The notes under the pieces: model-generated
The model's input: only the letters and a program-made list of their open reading frames with translations
The model's database searches: none
What the model was told of the DNA's origin: nothing
NCBI GenBank assembly: GCA_014237855.1
Contig: JABACD010000007.1
Span: 65,399-129,398, forward strand
From: Planctomycetota bacterium
GTDB taxonomy: Bacteria; Planctomycetota; UBA1135; GCA-002686595
Length of the DNA: 64,000 nucleotides
Direction of reading: 5' to 3'
In this document: positions 9,505 to 17,231 of the stretch, one piece after another
Position numbering within the stretch: position 1 is the first letter of the stretch
Layout of the letters: the number at the start of each line of letters is the position of its first letter
Program-made: the position numbers and the translations under genes

Positions 9505-11312
9505 GCACGAACCATCCCGCGGGCACTGTTTCCGACAAGGACCTGGCTGACCTCTTCGAGAGGCGTGCTCCCGAGCCCATTGCTTTTCGTGCCCAGGTGG
9601 AGGAGCGCATCGCGGAACGTCGCCGCGCTGCTGAAGCGCAAGAAGGGGAGCAGAAGGCGCGTCCGCAGGGCAGGACCTTCATGCGCCGCGCCGCTGCCGT
9701 CCTGCCCATCGATCCGATCGGCGGTGGCCAGGCGGGCTCGGCCTTGCTCAAGTGGATGTACTCCGCACTGGCTCTACCGGCCCTCGTGCTGGGTTCAAGC
9801 ATCGGGAGCTTCCTGGTCAGCGTGCGTGCCGTGAAGCACGAGATGAACTCCGCCAAGCCGACCGTGCCTGGGCCGCTGGCCTGGAGTGCCTTCTCTTCCC
9901 TGCGCTCGGGCAGACACTTCCCCAAGCCCCTCAACGGTGATCTTCAACTCGGCGGCTGGCTGCTCATGGTCGTCAACTTGGGGATGCTACTCACGCTGCT
10001 CATCTCTTTCTTGACCGGAGGGAGAACGGCGATGGACGTGCTCAGCGTGGTCCTCCTGATTGCGATGGGGTCGGTAGTGCTCACGATTCGTGGTCTGGGA
10101 CAGGCGGGCTTGCTGTCCAGGCGCGAGACCGCCCGCTTCACCGTGGGGCTCTTGATCACGGTGTTCACTGGCTGCTTCCTGTGGTTCAGCACCGTACTGA
10201 GCACTCCGGATGGTCATGCCGAGCTGGGCGTCGGGGGATCATCGGCTGCCGTGTTGATCGGAATCGTTGTATGCACCGCTTTCGGTTGGGGTCTTCTCAG
10301 GGGATTGTTGGCTGCATCTGTTGTCGGACTCCTGGTGCTGACCTACAACCCGCTCGCGTTCACAGAGAGCACGCCTTCAGCGCTGCGAACTCAGCTGGCG
10401 CAGTTGGAACTCGAGCCCGAGTCCCTTAGGGGCTGGAAGGACGCAGCGGCGGTCTTCACGGCCCTCGAATCCGTGGGTGAGACAACGCCCGACTTGACCT
10501 CCACGTCGAAGAGCTTGGCCCTGGCGCTCGAAGAAGGAGTGGCTGTGCATCCGGTCGTTTGGACGGCCGCAGCGCGCATGGGGCTGATCGACAACGCCCA
10601 GTGGGTGCAGATCTTGGACCATGCGGGCGAGTCCACAGCGCTGGACAGCCTGGTCCTCCCCGGTCGCAAACTGAACTCCACGACCTACTACGAGTACCGC
10701 GTCCCCATGCTGCTCGCTACTCGCGACCCGTCAGCGGAGGAACGGGAGCACCTGGCCGGCAACTTGGCTGCTGCCTGGCCCGAGGGCGAGAGTCACAGTC
10801 CCCTGGCAACCGCGGCCATGCTGGTGCATTGCTTCGAGTTGCTCGGTCGTGATGACCTCGTGAGGTCACACGAAGCCTCGATTCGGGGACTTCTGAGGAG
10901 CCACTGGATCGCGCCCGGAAGCGCGGCCATCTTTGGCGACCCTGGGGGCTTCTCGCCCGACCCGAAGGAGTTCGAGAGATCGTTCGTCTCGGATACCTGG
11001 GCGGCCATCGAGCTCATGGGCCGCGCAGGCGTGCCGGAAGGCATAGAGCCGCGCTGGATCCGCGGCTATCTTCAGAACGAGGCCCGTGCCGGGCCCTGGT
11101 TCCTGAAGTCAGGGCCCACGAGCGATGCCATGTCCCGCGCCGCTCTGTTGCGCCTGGAACGAGAGCTCGGTCTGCCGGACCGCGGCTGGCTCGAGAGTCT
11201 GCTGGCCGAACGTCTCCTGATCGCTACGCTCCTGCTCGTCGCGCTCTGCGTGATGGCGATTCGCCTGGCCCCGCCGGGTCCGGAGGAGATGGGCACGGGG
11301 GCGCAACCCTGA
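9501..11312 (+). CDS. Polytopic membrane protein coupled to the ECF sigma gene (putative anti-sigma / sensor partner)
   Basis: The start overlaps the sigma stop (ATGA). It has a short cytoplasmic N-terminus, multiple TM helices, a ~300-aa soluble region and a C-terminal TM. No zinc-finger anti-sigma motif is seen, so the function is inferred from position only. Confidence 0.45.
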   Translation: MSTNHPAGTVSDKDLADLFERRAPEPIAFRAQVEERIAERRRAAEAQEGEQKARPQGRTFMRRAAAVLPIDPIGGGQAGSALLKWMYSALALPALVLGSSIGSFLVSVRAVKHEMNSAKPTVPGPLAWSAFSSLRSGRHFPKPLNGDLQLGGWLLMVVNLGMLLTLLISFLTGGRTAMDVLSVVLLIAMGSVVLTIRGLGQAGLLSRRETARFTVGLLITVFTGCFLWFSTVLSTPDGHAELGVGGSSAAVLIGIVVCTAFGWGLLRGLLAASVVGLLVLTYNPLAFTESTPSALRTQLAQLELEPESLRGWKDAAAVFTALESVGETTPDLTSTSKSLALALEEGVAVHPVVWTAAARMGLIDNAQWVQILDHAGESTALDSLVLPGRKLNSTTYYEYRVPMLLATRDPSAEEREHLAGNLAAAWPEGESHSPLATAAMLVHCFELLGRDDLVRSHEASIRGLLRSHWIAPGSAAIFGDPGGFSPDPKEFERSFVSDTWAAIELMGRAGVPEGIEPRWIRGYLQNEARAGPWFLKSGPTSDAMSRAALLRLERELGLPDRGWLESLLAERLLIATLLLVALCVMAIRLAPPGPEEMGTGAQP

Positions 11313-11430
11313 GTCCGCCCGGTCCGGTAGACAGGTCGTGCCGTGAAGAACCGATTCGCGGCCTTCTGCATTCCGAAAGTGGAGAGTGGGAGACCTGCGG
11401 AGCCTCCTCGATCCATGGGCCAGCGCTGCC

Positions 11431-12648
11431 TTAGGCGAGGACCGCGGCAATCTCCGTCAGAGCCCAGGCCAGGTCTTCACGATCGATGATCAGGGGCGGA
11501 GCGAAGCGAATCGTGTGGGTGTGAGTCTCCTTGCACAGGATGCCGCGCCGCATCAAGGCCTCGCAGAACTTCCGCGCACCGCCCGCCTCGTCGTGCAACT
11601 CGACGCCGATCCACAGCCCCGCGCCGCGGATCTCCTTGACGTGGGGCGACTCGAGCTTCCGCAGCTCGCCCTGGAACCAACCGCCGAGGTCGAGGGAGCG
11701 CTCGTAGAGGTTCTCGTCTTGCAGCACGTCGAGGGCGGCCTCGGCCACCGCGCAGGCGATCGGATTGCCACCGTAAGTGGAACCGTGCTGGCCGGGTTGG
11801 AAGACATCCATCACCGCATCGTCAGCCAGGAAGGCAGAGACCGGATAGACGCCGCCGGACAGGGCCTTGCCGATCGTGACCGCATCGGCGCGGATGCCGG
11901 CCTGGCGATGGGCGAAGATGGCGCCGGTGCGTCCCAAACCTGACTGGATCTCGTCGCAGATCAGCAGCGCGCGGTGCTCATCACACAGGGCCCTGAGTCC
12001 CGGGAGGAAGTCCTGCGGTGGCAGGATCACGCCGCCCTCACCCTGGATCGGCTCGACCAGGATCGCCGCGACGTTGGGCGACATGGCGGCCCGGGTCGCC
12101 TCGAGGTCGCCGTAGGGCAGCACCCGGAAGCCCGGCGCAAAGGGCCCGAAGCCCTCACGGCAAGGGTCGTCGGTGGAGAAGCCGACGATGGTCGTGGTGC
12201 GGCCATGGAAATTTCCGTCGTAGACCAGGATCTCTGCCCGCTCGGCCGGGATGCCCTTGACCGTGTAGCCCCACTTGCGCGCCGCCTTGATCGCGGTCTC
12301 GACCGCCTCGGCTCCAGTGTTCATCATCAACACCTTGTCGTAACCGGACAGCTTGGCGAGCTTGGCGCAAAAGGGTCCGAAGCGATCATTGCGGAAAGCC
12401 CGCGAGGTCAGACTCAGATTCTGCGACTGCTCGTGCAGGGCCCTGACGATGCGCGGGTGGTTGTGGCCCTGGTTGACCGCCGAGTAGGCCGCAAGGCAGT
12501 CCATGTAGCGCTTGCCATCGACATCGAAGACCCAGACTCCCTCGCCTCGCGTGAGGACGATGTCGAGGGGATGGTAGTTGTGGGCAGAGTAGCGCGATTC
12601 GAGCTCGATCAACTCGTCGTTCTCGGTTGTAGTTGGCTTCATCGCCAC
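11431..12648 (-). CDS. rocD: Ornithine--oxo-acid aminotransferase
   Basis: Strong match to the OAT pattern: YSAVNQGHNHPRIV...LTSRAFRND...MNTGAEAVETAIKAARKWGY... Confidence 0.9.
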   Translation of the reverse strand: MAMKPTTTENDELIELESRYSAHNYHPLDIVLTRGEGVWVFDVDGKRYMDCLAAYSAVNQGHNHPRIVRALHEQSQNLSLTSRAFRNDRFGPFCAKLAKLSGYDKVLMMNTGAEAVETAIKAARKWGYTVKGIPAERAEILVYDGNFHGRTTTIVGFSTDDPCREGFGPFAPGFRVLPYGDLEATRAAMSPNVAAILVEPIQGEGGVILPPQDFLPGLRALCDEHRALLICDEIQSGLGRTGAIFAHRQAGIRADAVTIGKALSGGVYPVSAFLADDAVMDVFQPGQHGSTYGGNPIACAVAEAALDVLQDENLYERSLDLGGWFQGELRKLESPHVKEIRGAGLWIGVELHDEAGGARKFCEALMRRGILCKETHTHTIRFAPPLIIDREDLAWALTEIAAVLA

Positions 12649-13000
12649 ACTCTATTCGGTTCCTCGGTTGTGCCTCACGAAAACCCTGAGCACCCTCTCC
12701 ATGGTTGCTTCCGTCGCCGCCTGATGCAGGTCGAGTGTGAGCTCCGGGAATTCTGCAGGCCATGCAGGACCTGTACTCCGGCGATGCTCGGTAGAGTCCG
12801 TTGCGAGGAAGGTCGAAACAGGAGTTTGCCCGCCCCCGCGAGTGTGGACCCCAGGGGCACAAATAGCCCTCGTGTAACCCCGCTCAGGTTTGTCGTTGCC
12901 CCATGCAGGCGAGGGGTGTATCCAGATGCGGTCTGGCCTCTGAATTGCCGGGCAGCTTCCACAGGTGACGCGAGCACCTGATCTGCATCCCCGAGCCGCC

Positions 13001-13213
13001 ATGTCCGCCGACAAACTCACCTGGTCCGACGTCCACGAGATCGCCTTCCGACTCTTCGAGGCTGAGCCGGATCTCGATCCGCTGACCTTGCGCTTCACGG
13101 ATCTGCGCCAGAAGATAATCTCGCTGGAGGGCTTCACTTCGGACCCGAAGGACTCGAACGAAGGGATCCTCGAGGCGATTCAGATGGCCTGGATCGACGA
13201 GCGCGAGGACTGA
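13001..13213 (+). CDS. iscX: IscX (YfhJ)-like Fe-S assembly accessory protein, orphan
   Basis: MSADKLTWSDVHEIAFRLFEAEPDLDPLTLRFTDLRQKIISLEGFTSDPKDSNEGILEAIQMAWIDE parallels E. coli IscX ([33 protein letters not shown]...DDPQASNEKILEAIL..W). ATG at 13001 chosen. Confidence 0.8.
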   Translation: MSADKLTWSDVHEIAFRLFEAEPDLDPLTLRFTDLRQKIISLEGFTSDPKDSNEGILEAIQMAWIDERED

Positions 13214-13471
13214 GGCACTATCTGGAGTGAAGAGACCGCCGCGGCTTGTGCTTTCGTCGTCGCCTGATACTGGACGAGCGACGTCGTGGGCCCCATCACT
13301 CAACGCCTGCCCGCCTCCCGCCCGGGCCTCCCGGCGCTGCGGGGGGATCTACGGTGGAACTGTGGCTCTGACCTTCTTTCTAGTTGCCCGGTTACAGTCG
13401 GGCACGTATCACGGATCCTGCGAGGATCTCAACTGCGCGGCCCAATCAACAGCCGATGGAGGAAGAACCAG

Positions 13472-13879
13472 ATGACTCGATGTGTAACTGGAATCCTGAT
13501 CGGGGTCGGGGTGGTCGTGATCACCGGGGGTGCAAACTTGCTGATCACTGGCACCGCTAACGGCACGGAGCGAGGTTTCCTTCAGATTGCTGAGTCCGTA
13601 TTGACGGCACCAAGTAATCCGGGATTACCGAGCGCAATCATCAGCCTCCTCGGATCGATACTAGCGGGTTGGTCAACGAAGCTGATCACATCATCCCAAG
13701 CGTGCGTCGCTCTTTCCGCCGCACTTGTCTTTCTCATGGGTCTAGTGCTAGCCGGACTCGATGCTGGACCTGATGGCGGCTTCCCAACGGGTCTTGGCTA
13801 CATCCTGATCACAGCTGGAATCCTGACCGGCGGAGCGCTTCCCGGACGACGGTCACGACCAAAGGTCGACAAGACTTGA
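13472..13879 (+). CDS. Small hydrophobic membrane protein with atypical (A/T-ending) codon usage
   Basis: The ATG at 13472 is preceded by GGAGGA. The 135-aa product has 4 predicted TM helices. Codons such as GTA, TTA, ATA, CTA, ACA and CAA are frequent here and rare elsewhere in the window. Confidence 0.5.
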   Translation: MTRCVTGILIGVGVVVITGGANLLITGTANGTERGFLQIAESVLTAPSNPGLPSAIISLLGSILAGWSTKLITSSQACVALSAALVFLMGLVLAGLDAGPDGGFPTGLGYILITAGILTGGALPGRRSRPKVDKT

Positions 13880-14134
13880 GAGATCGACAACTGGTAGGGT
13901 CGAGAGCTCGCCCCGCAGCCCCGTCCAGGCAGAGAACTCGGCTGTCAACCGCTCCCTGCCGCTCTCGCAGAGACGCGAGAGAGATCGAGAGCAATCACGC
14001 GCTTAGTTCGCCTGCATGAGCGCCCTCTTCTTGGGGGAGCTGCTCTCGCCGCCACGATCCGAGAGCGTCGCGCGAGGGACCACAAGGCCACAACTCCCGT
14101 CCTTTCCCAGCCTTCCGCCACCTCGCTCGGAGCA

Positions 14135-14163
14135 CGAAGAAACGCCCCCGTCAACCGGCGGCG
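14135..14163 (-). terminator. Intrinsic terminator downstream of the tRNA-Asn / repeat copy B
   Basis: Minus-strand RNA reads CGCCGCCG-GTTGA-CGGGGGCG (8 bp, one mismatch) followed by UUUCUUCG. Confidence 0.5.
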
Positions 14164-14190
14164 CGCCCCATTCCATCGCCCAAAGCGAGA

Positions 14191-14314
14191 TGGCTCCCCG
14201 GTCTTTACACCTCTGCGAACTCTCTCATTTCGGGGAGATCAGGCTTCTTGGGGTCGGGAAGCCATGTCTCGGTTCGCATGACGTGTTAACTGGGGGTCCG
14301 AGCGAGACTCGAAC
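14191..14314 (-). repeat. Copy B of the ~125-nt element; overlaps the 3-prime part of tRNA-Asn and ends in CCGGGGA-G-CCA
   Basis: Aligns with 2232..2360 (blocks as for copy A). Inner stems are GGCTTC/GAAGCC and TCTC/GAGA; outer arms are TGCGAAC/GTTCGCA and beyond. Confidence 0.6.
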
Positions 14315-14366
14315 TTGCGACAAACCGGTTAACAGCCGGTTGCTCTACCAACTGAGCTATCGGGGA
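14291..14366 (-). tRNA. tRNA-Asn (anticodon GUU), canonical 76-nt span, but the 3-prime acceptor strand is non-complementary. See findings
   Basis: Minus strand reads TCCCCGA-TA-GCTC-AGTTGGTA-GAGC-A-ACCGG-CTGTTAA-CCGGT-TTGTC-GCAAG-TTCGAGT-CTCGC-TCGGACC-C-CCA. Only 4 of 7 acceptor pairs form, and there is one A-C mismatch in the T stem. Confidence 0.7.
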
Positions 14367-14381
14367 ACGGTTGGGCTCGAA

Positions 14382-14409
14382 AGACTAGCCCCTTTGAATC
14401 CCTGGTCAA
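14382..14409 (-). promoter_or_regulatory. Candidate sigma-70 promoter for the tRNA-Asn transcript
   Basis: On the minus strand: TTGACC, a 16-nt spacer, then TAGTCT, ending about 15 nt upstream of the tRNA 5-prime end. Confidence 0.4.
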
Positions 14410-14500
14410 GGGACCTCGCCACACTTTTCGGCAGTGTCAACCAGCGAGCCTTAGGGTAGTTCGCAACTTCCTTTCTTGAAGCTGGAAGCGGCTGAGAAGC

Positions 14501-14533
14501 AACCTGAGAGGGCCTTGATGGCCCTCCCAGGTT
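14501..14533 (-). terminator. Hairpin downstream of the peroxiredoxin gene (candidate terminator)
   Basis: AACCTGAGAGGGCC-TTGAT-GGCCCTCCCAGGTT pairs at 13 of 14 bp. The U tract is weak. Confidence 0.45.
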
Positions 14534-14554
14534 GAGAGATGTCAGCAGCCGTGG

Positions 14555-15025
14555 CTACTGACCGAGCTCGCAGGCCTTGGCCAGGAGATCAGCAGGGTTC
14601 CGCTCGCCGCCGGGACCGACGGACTCGGCCCACAGGACCTTGCCGTCCTTGCCGATGAGGACCGTGGCCCGATCGCCGATGCCCGGCTCGTCGAGCCAGA
14701 GACCGTAGGCCTTGCAGACCGCACCCTTGGGGTGGAAGTCAGCCAGGAGCGGGAAGTCAATCCCATTGAAGCTCTTGGCCCAGGCCATGTGACAGAATTT
14801 TGAATCGATTGAAATACCAAGCACCTCGGTATCTGCGTCCTCAAACTTCGCCTTGAGCGCGTTGAGGCCGGGAATCTCGATGCTTCAGGTCGGGGTGAAA
14901 TCGAGTGGGTAGAAGACGAGCAGGACGTTCTTCTGCCCCTTGTAGCTGGACAGATCGACCGTGGTCTCGAGGTGACTGTCGAGACTGAAAGTCGGAGCGT
15001 CAGCGCCGTTGGCGATGATGGCCAT
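14555..15025 (-). CDS. AhpC/TSA-family peroxiredoxin with in-frame UGA (probable selenocysteine) at the peroxidatic position
   Basis: Track ORFs 14885..15136 and 14555..14824 are in the same frame. Read through the TGA at 14885-14887 they give ...VLLVFYPLDFTPT-U-SIEIPGLNALKAKFEDADTEVLGISIDS..., so the TGA replaces the conserved Cys of the FYPxDFTxxC motif. ATG at 15025. Confidence 0.8.
14839..14867 (-). promoter_or_regulatory. Candidate bacterial SECIS hairpin
   Basis: The stem starts 17 nt after the UGA: CCUCAA-CGC-GCUCAAG-GCG-AAGU-UUGAGG. Confidence 0.45.
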
Positions 15026-15132
15026 GATTCGGTTACTTGGGTTGGAATGAATCGCGAGAACCAGCGGGGTACCCCGCCGGCAACGTGCGCATTCTAGACT
15101 CTGACCAGGGCCTTGGTGGAGAGCAACTCCCC

Positions 15133-16089
15133 TCAACTCTGGGTGGAATCCTCAATCTCCTTCCTGGCGCGGCCATCAAAGGTCACCGGGGTCAGCTTCA
15201 GACGTCCCAGATCAAAGCCCTCGAGAAGGTCCCGGGCGGAGAGGGGTCCACAGGCCAGGAAACCACAGGAGCGCGCCAGCCAGGCGATCAGGCTCTCCGC
15301 CTTGACTCCAGCCTCACGCAGGGCCGCCAGGGAGAGGGCATCATGGCGCTTGGCCAGCCGCTCACCCGACTCATCGAGGACCAGCGGGACGTGAATCCAG
15401 GAGGGTGGCTTGAGCCCCAGGAGCGAGTACAGCAAGACCTGACGCGGAGTACTCGACAGGAGATCATCACCCCGGAGCACCTCGGTGATGCCCTGGCGGG
15501 CGTCGTCGAGCACCACGGCCAGCTGGTAGGCAACCTGGCCATCGCGGCTCGTGATTGGAAAGTCGCCCACCTCCCGCTCCAGGTCCTGGCAGAACTCCCC
15601 ATGAAGACGATCCTGAATCGAGAGCTCTCCCCGAGTTACCTTCAGGCGCAGGGCAGGCTCTCGGCCCGAAACTCGACGGGCTTCTTCCAGGCTCTTGAAG
15701 CGCCCTCGACAGGTCCCCGGATAGACGGAGTTCTCCTGATCAGCGTGGGGAGCGGACTGTGCCTCGCTGATCTCCCGCCGGGTGCAGATGCACGGATAGG
15801 CGTGCCCCAGCCGCAGGAGCTCCAGGGCAGTCTCGTACAGCTCCCCCTCGTGGTCACTCTGCAGCACCACCGGCCCATCCCAGTCAAGCCCCAGCCACTC
15901 AAGGTCCCGCAAGCAAGCCTCAACCATTCCAGGCTTCACCCTGGACCTGTCCAGATCCTCCAGGCGCAGCCGCAAGGTCCCACCTGCCGATCGCACCGAC
16001 CACCAGGCCAGCAGGAAGGAGCGCGCGTGACCCAGGTGAAGCAGGCCCGTGGGACTCGGGGCAAGACGTCCGACCGGACCTACCGACAC
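15133..16089 (-). CDS. gluQ: Glutamyl-Q tRNA(Asp) synthetase (GluQRS)
   Basis: GRLAPSPTGLLHLGHARSFLLAW (HIGH-type motif), ...YPCICTRREI..., ...YPGTCR... and the ~300-aa truncated GluRS-like length fit GluQRS. GTG start overlaps the upstream gene. Confidence 0.8.
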   Translation of the reverse strand: MSVGPVGRLAPSPTGLLHLGHARSFLLAWWSVRSAGGTLRLRLEDLDRSRVKPGMVEACLRDLEWLGLDWDGPVVLQSDHEGELYETALELLRLGHAYPCICTRREISEAQSAPHADQENSVYPGTCRGRFKSLEEARRVSGREPALRLKVTRGELSIQDRLHGEFCQDLEREVGDFPITSRDGQVAYQLAVVLDDARQGITEVLRGDDLLSSTPRQVLLYSLLGLKPPSWIHVPLVLDESGERLAKRHDALSLAALREAGVKAESLIAWLARSCGFLACGPLSARDLLEGFDLGRLKLTPVTFDGRARKEIEDSTQS

Positions 16090-17165
16090 GCCACCAGAGC
16101 TCCTCCATGGCGCGACGAGCGCCGGGCAGCCTCGAGGACACGCATGCAGGCCACCCCATCCTCGAAGGTGGCCGCCTCTGGCACCTCGGTGCGGCCGGCC
16201 GCCACGGCCCGGACGATATCCAGGAGGTAGGGAGGTGAGAGCGCACTGAAGGGGCCGCTGGCCTTCATGCCCAGGGCGCCTGGATCCGGCAGAACACCCT
16301 CCACCTCGATGGCCTCCAGCTCCTCACCGTGCACTCCACCGAGGAGCTCATCCTCCATGCCCAGACGAAGGGTCCCGCGCGAGCCCGAGATCTCCGTCAA
16401 CCATCGTGCGGCACCGGGGAGGCACACGCTGGTCGTCAGGCTCACCCGTGCACCGGATTCGAGCTCCAGCCAGAGCTCGGCGAGGTCATCCGCCGTGACC
16501 GCCCTTGGAACACCAGCGCCATCCGGTCGCTCCTTGACGCAGGTCGTCAGGCGCGCGCTCACTGCGCTGACCGGCCCCAGGAGCCATTGGATGCCATCGA
16601 TCACATGGGATCCAAGGGCCCCGAGCACGCCGCCTCCACGAGCCTCGTCGAACCACCAGGAGTGGGGGCGTCGAAGGAAGGCAGGACTGTCCAGGACCAT
16701 GTCGCAGCGGGCATGAAGGATCTCGCCGATGAAGCTGTCCTGCAGGAGCTCTCGCAGCTTGCGGCGGTACGGATTCCAGCGCAGCTGGTGGTCGATCAGG
16801 GCCAGCCTGCCCTGGGCCAGCTGCGCCAGCTCCTCGGCCTGCGCGACGTCGAGTGCGAAGGGCTTCTCACAGAGGACGGCAGAGCCCAGCTCCAGCGCGT
16901 TTTGCACCATGTCAAAGTGCAGGTCTACGGGGGTGGCGATGATCGATAGGTCCGGCTCCAGATCGAAGAGCTCCGGCCAGTTGTCCGTTGCCCTGGGAAT
17001 CTTCCAGGCCTGCGCGGTGGCGGCCGCCTTGTCCCCATCCCTTCCGGCGATGCCCACGACCTCGAGTGCCGCACCATCCTGGGAGCCCACATGATTCAGG
17101 GCCGGGAGGAGTACCTTTTCCGCAAAGGAGTTACCAAACAGGGCGATTCGAACCGGGCGGGTCAT
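16080..17165 (-). CDS. Gfo/Idh/MocA-family NAD(P)-dependent oxidoreductase
   Basis: N-terminal Rossmann segment (VRIALFGNSFAEKVLLPAL) and the EKP motif (LCEKPFAL). Confidence 0.8.
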   Translation of the reverse strand: MTRPVRIALFGNSFAEKVLLPALNHVGSQDGAALEVVGIAGRDGDKAAATAQAWKIPRATDNWPELFDLEPDLSIIATPVDLHFDMVQNALELGSAVLCEKPFALDVAQAEELAQLAQGRLALIDHQLRWNPYRRKLRELLQDSFIGEILHARCDMVLDSPAFLRRPHSWWFDEARGGGVLGALGSHVIDGIQWLLGPVSAVSARLTTCVKERPDGAGVPRAVTADDLAELWLELESGARVSLTTSVCLPGAARWLTEISGSRGTLRLGMEDELLGGVHGEELEAIEVEGVLPDPGALGMKASGPFSALSPPYLLDIVRAVAAGRTEVPEAATFEDGVACMRVLEAARRSSRHGGALVACR

Positions 17166-17231
17166 GGCTGGGGGGAGGCTTGAGGGAAGATCGAGGGGCA
17201 GCCCACGGCGGGCCTAGAGCCTGCGCTCTGT

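Noticed and set aside
14555-15136. The split peroxiredoxins (here and at 50765..51256) as pseudogenes or sequencing errors.
   Set aside because: Each has exactly one in-frame stop, in both cases TGA and in both cases precisely at the catalytic Cys codon. The flanking sequence is otherwise intact and well conserved. Selenocysteine recoding is more parsimonious, though it is unproven without sel genes in view.
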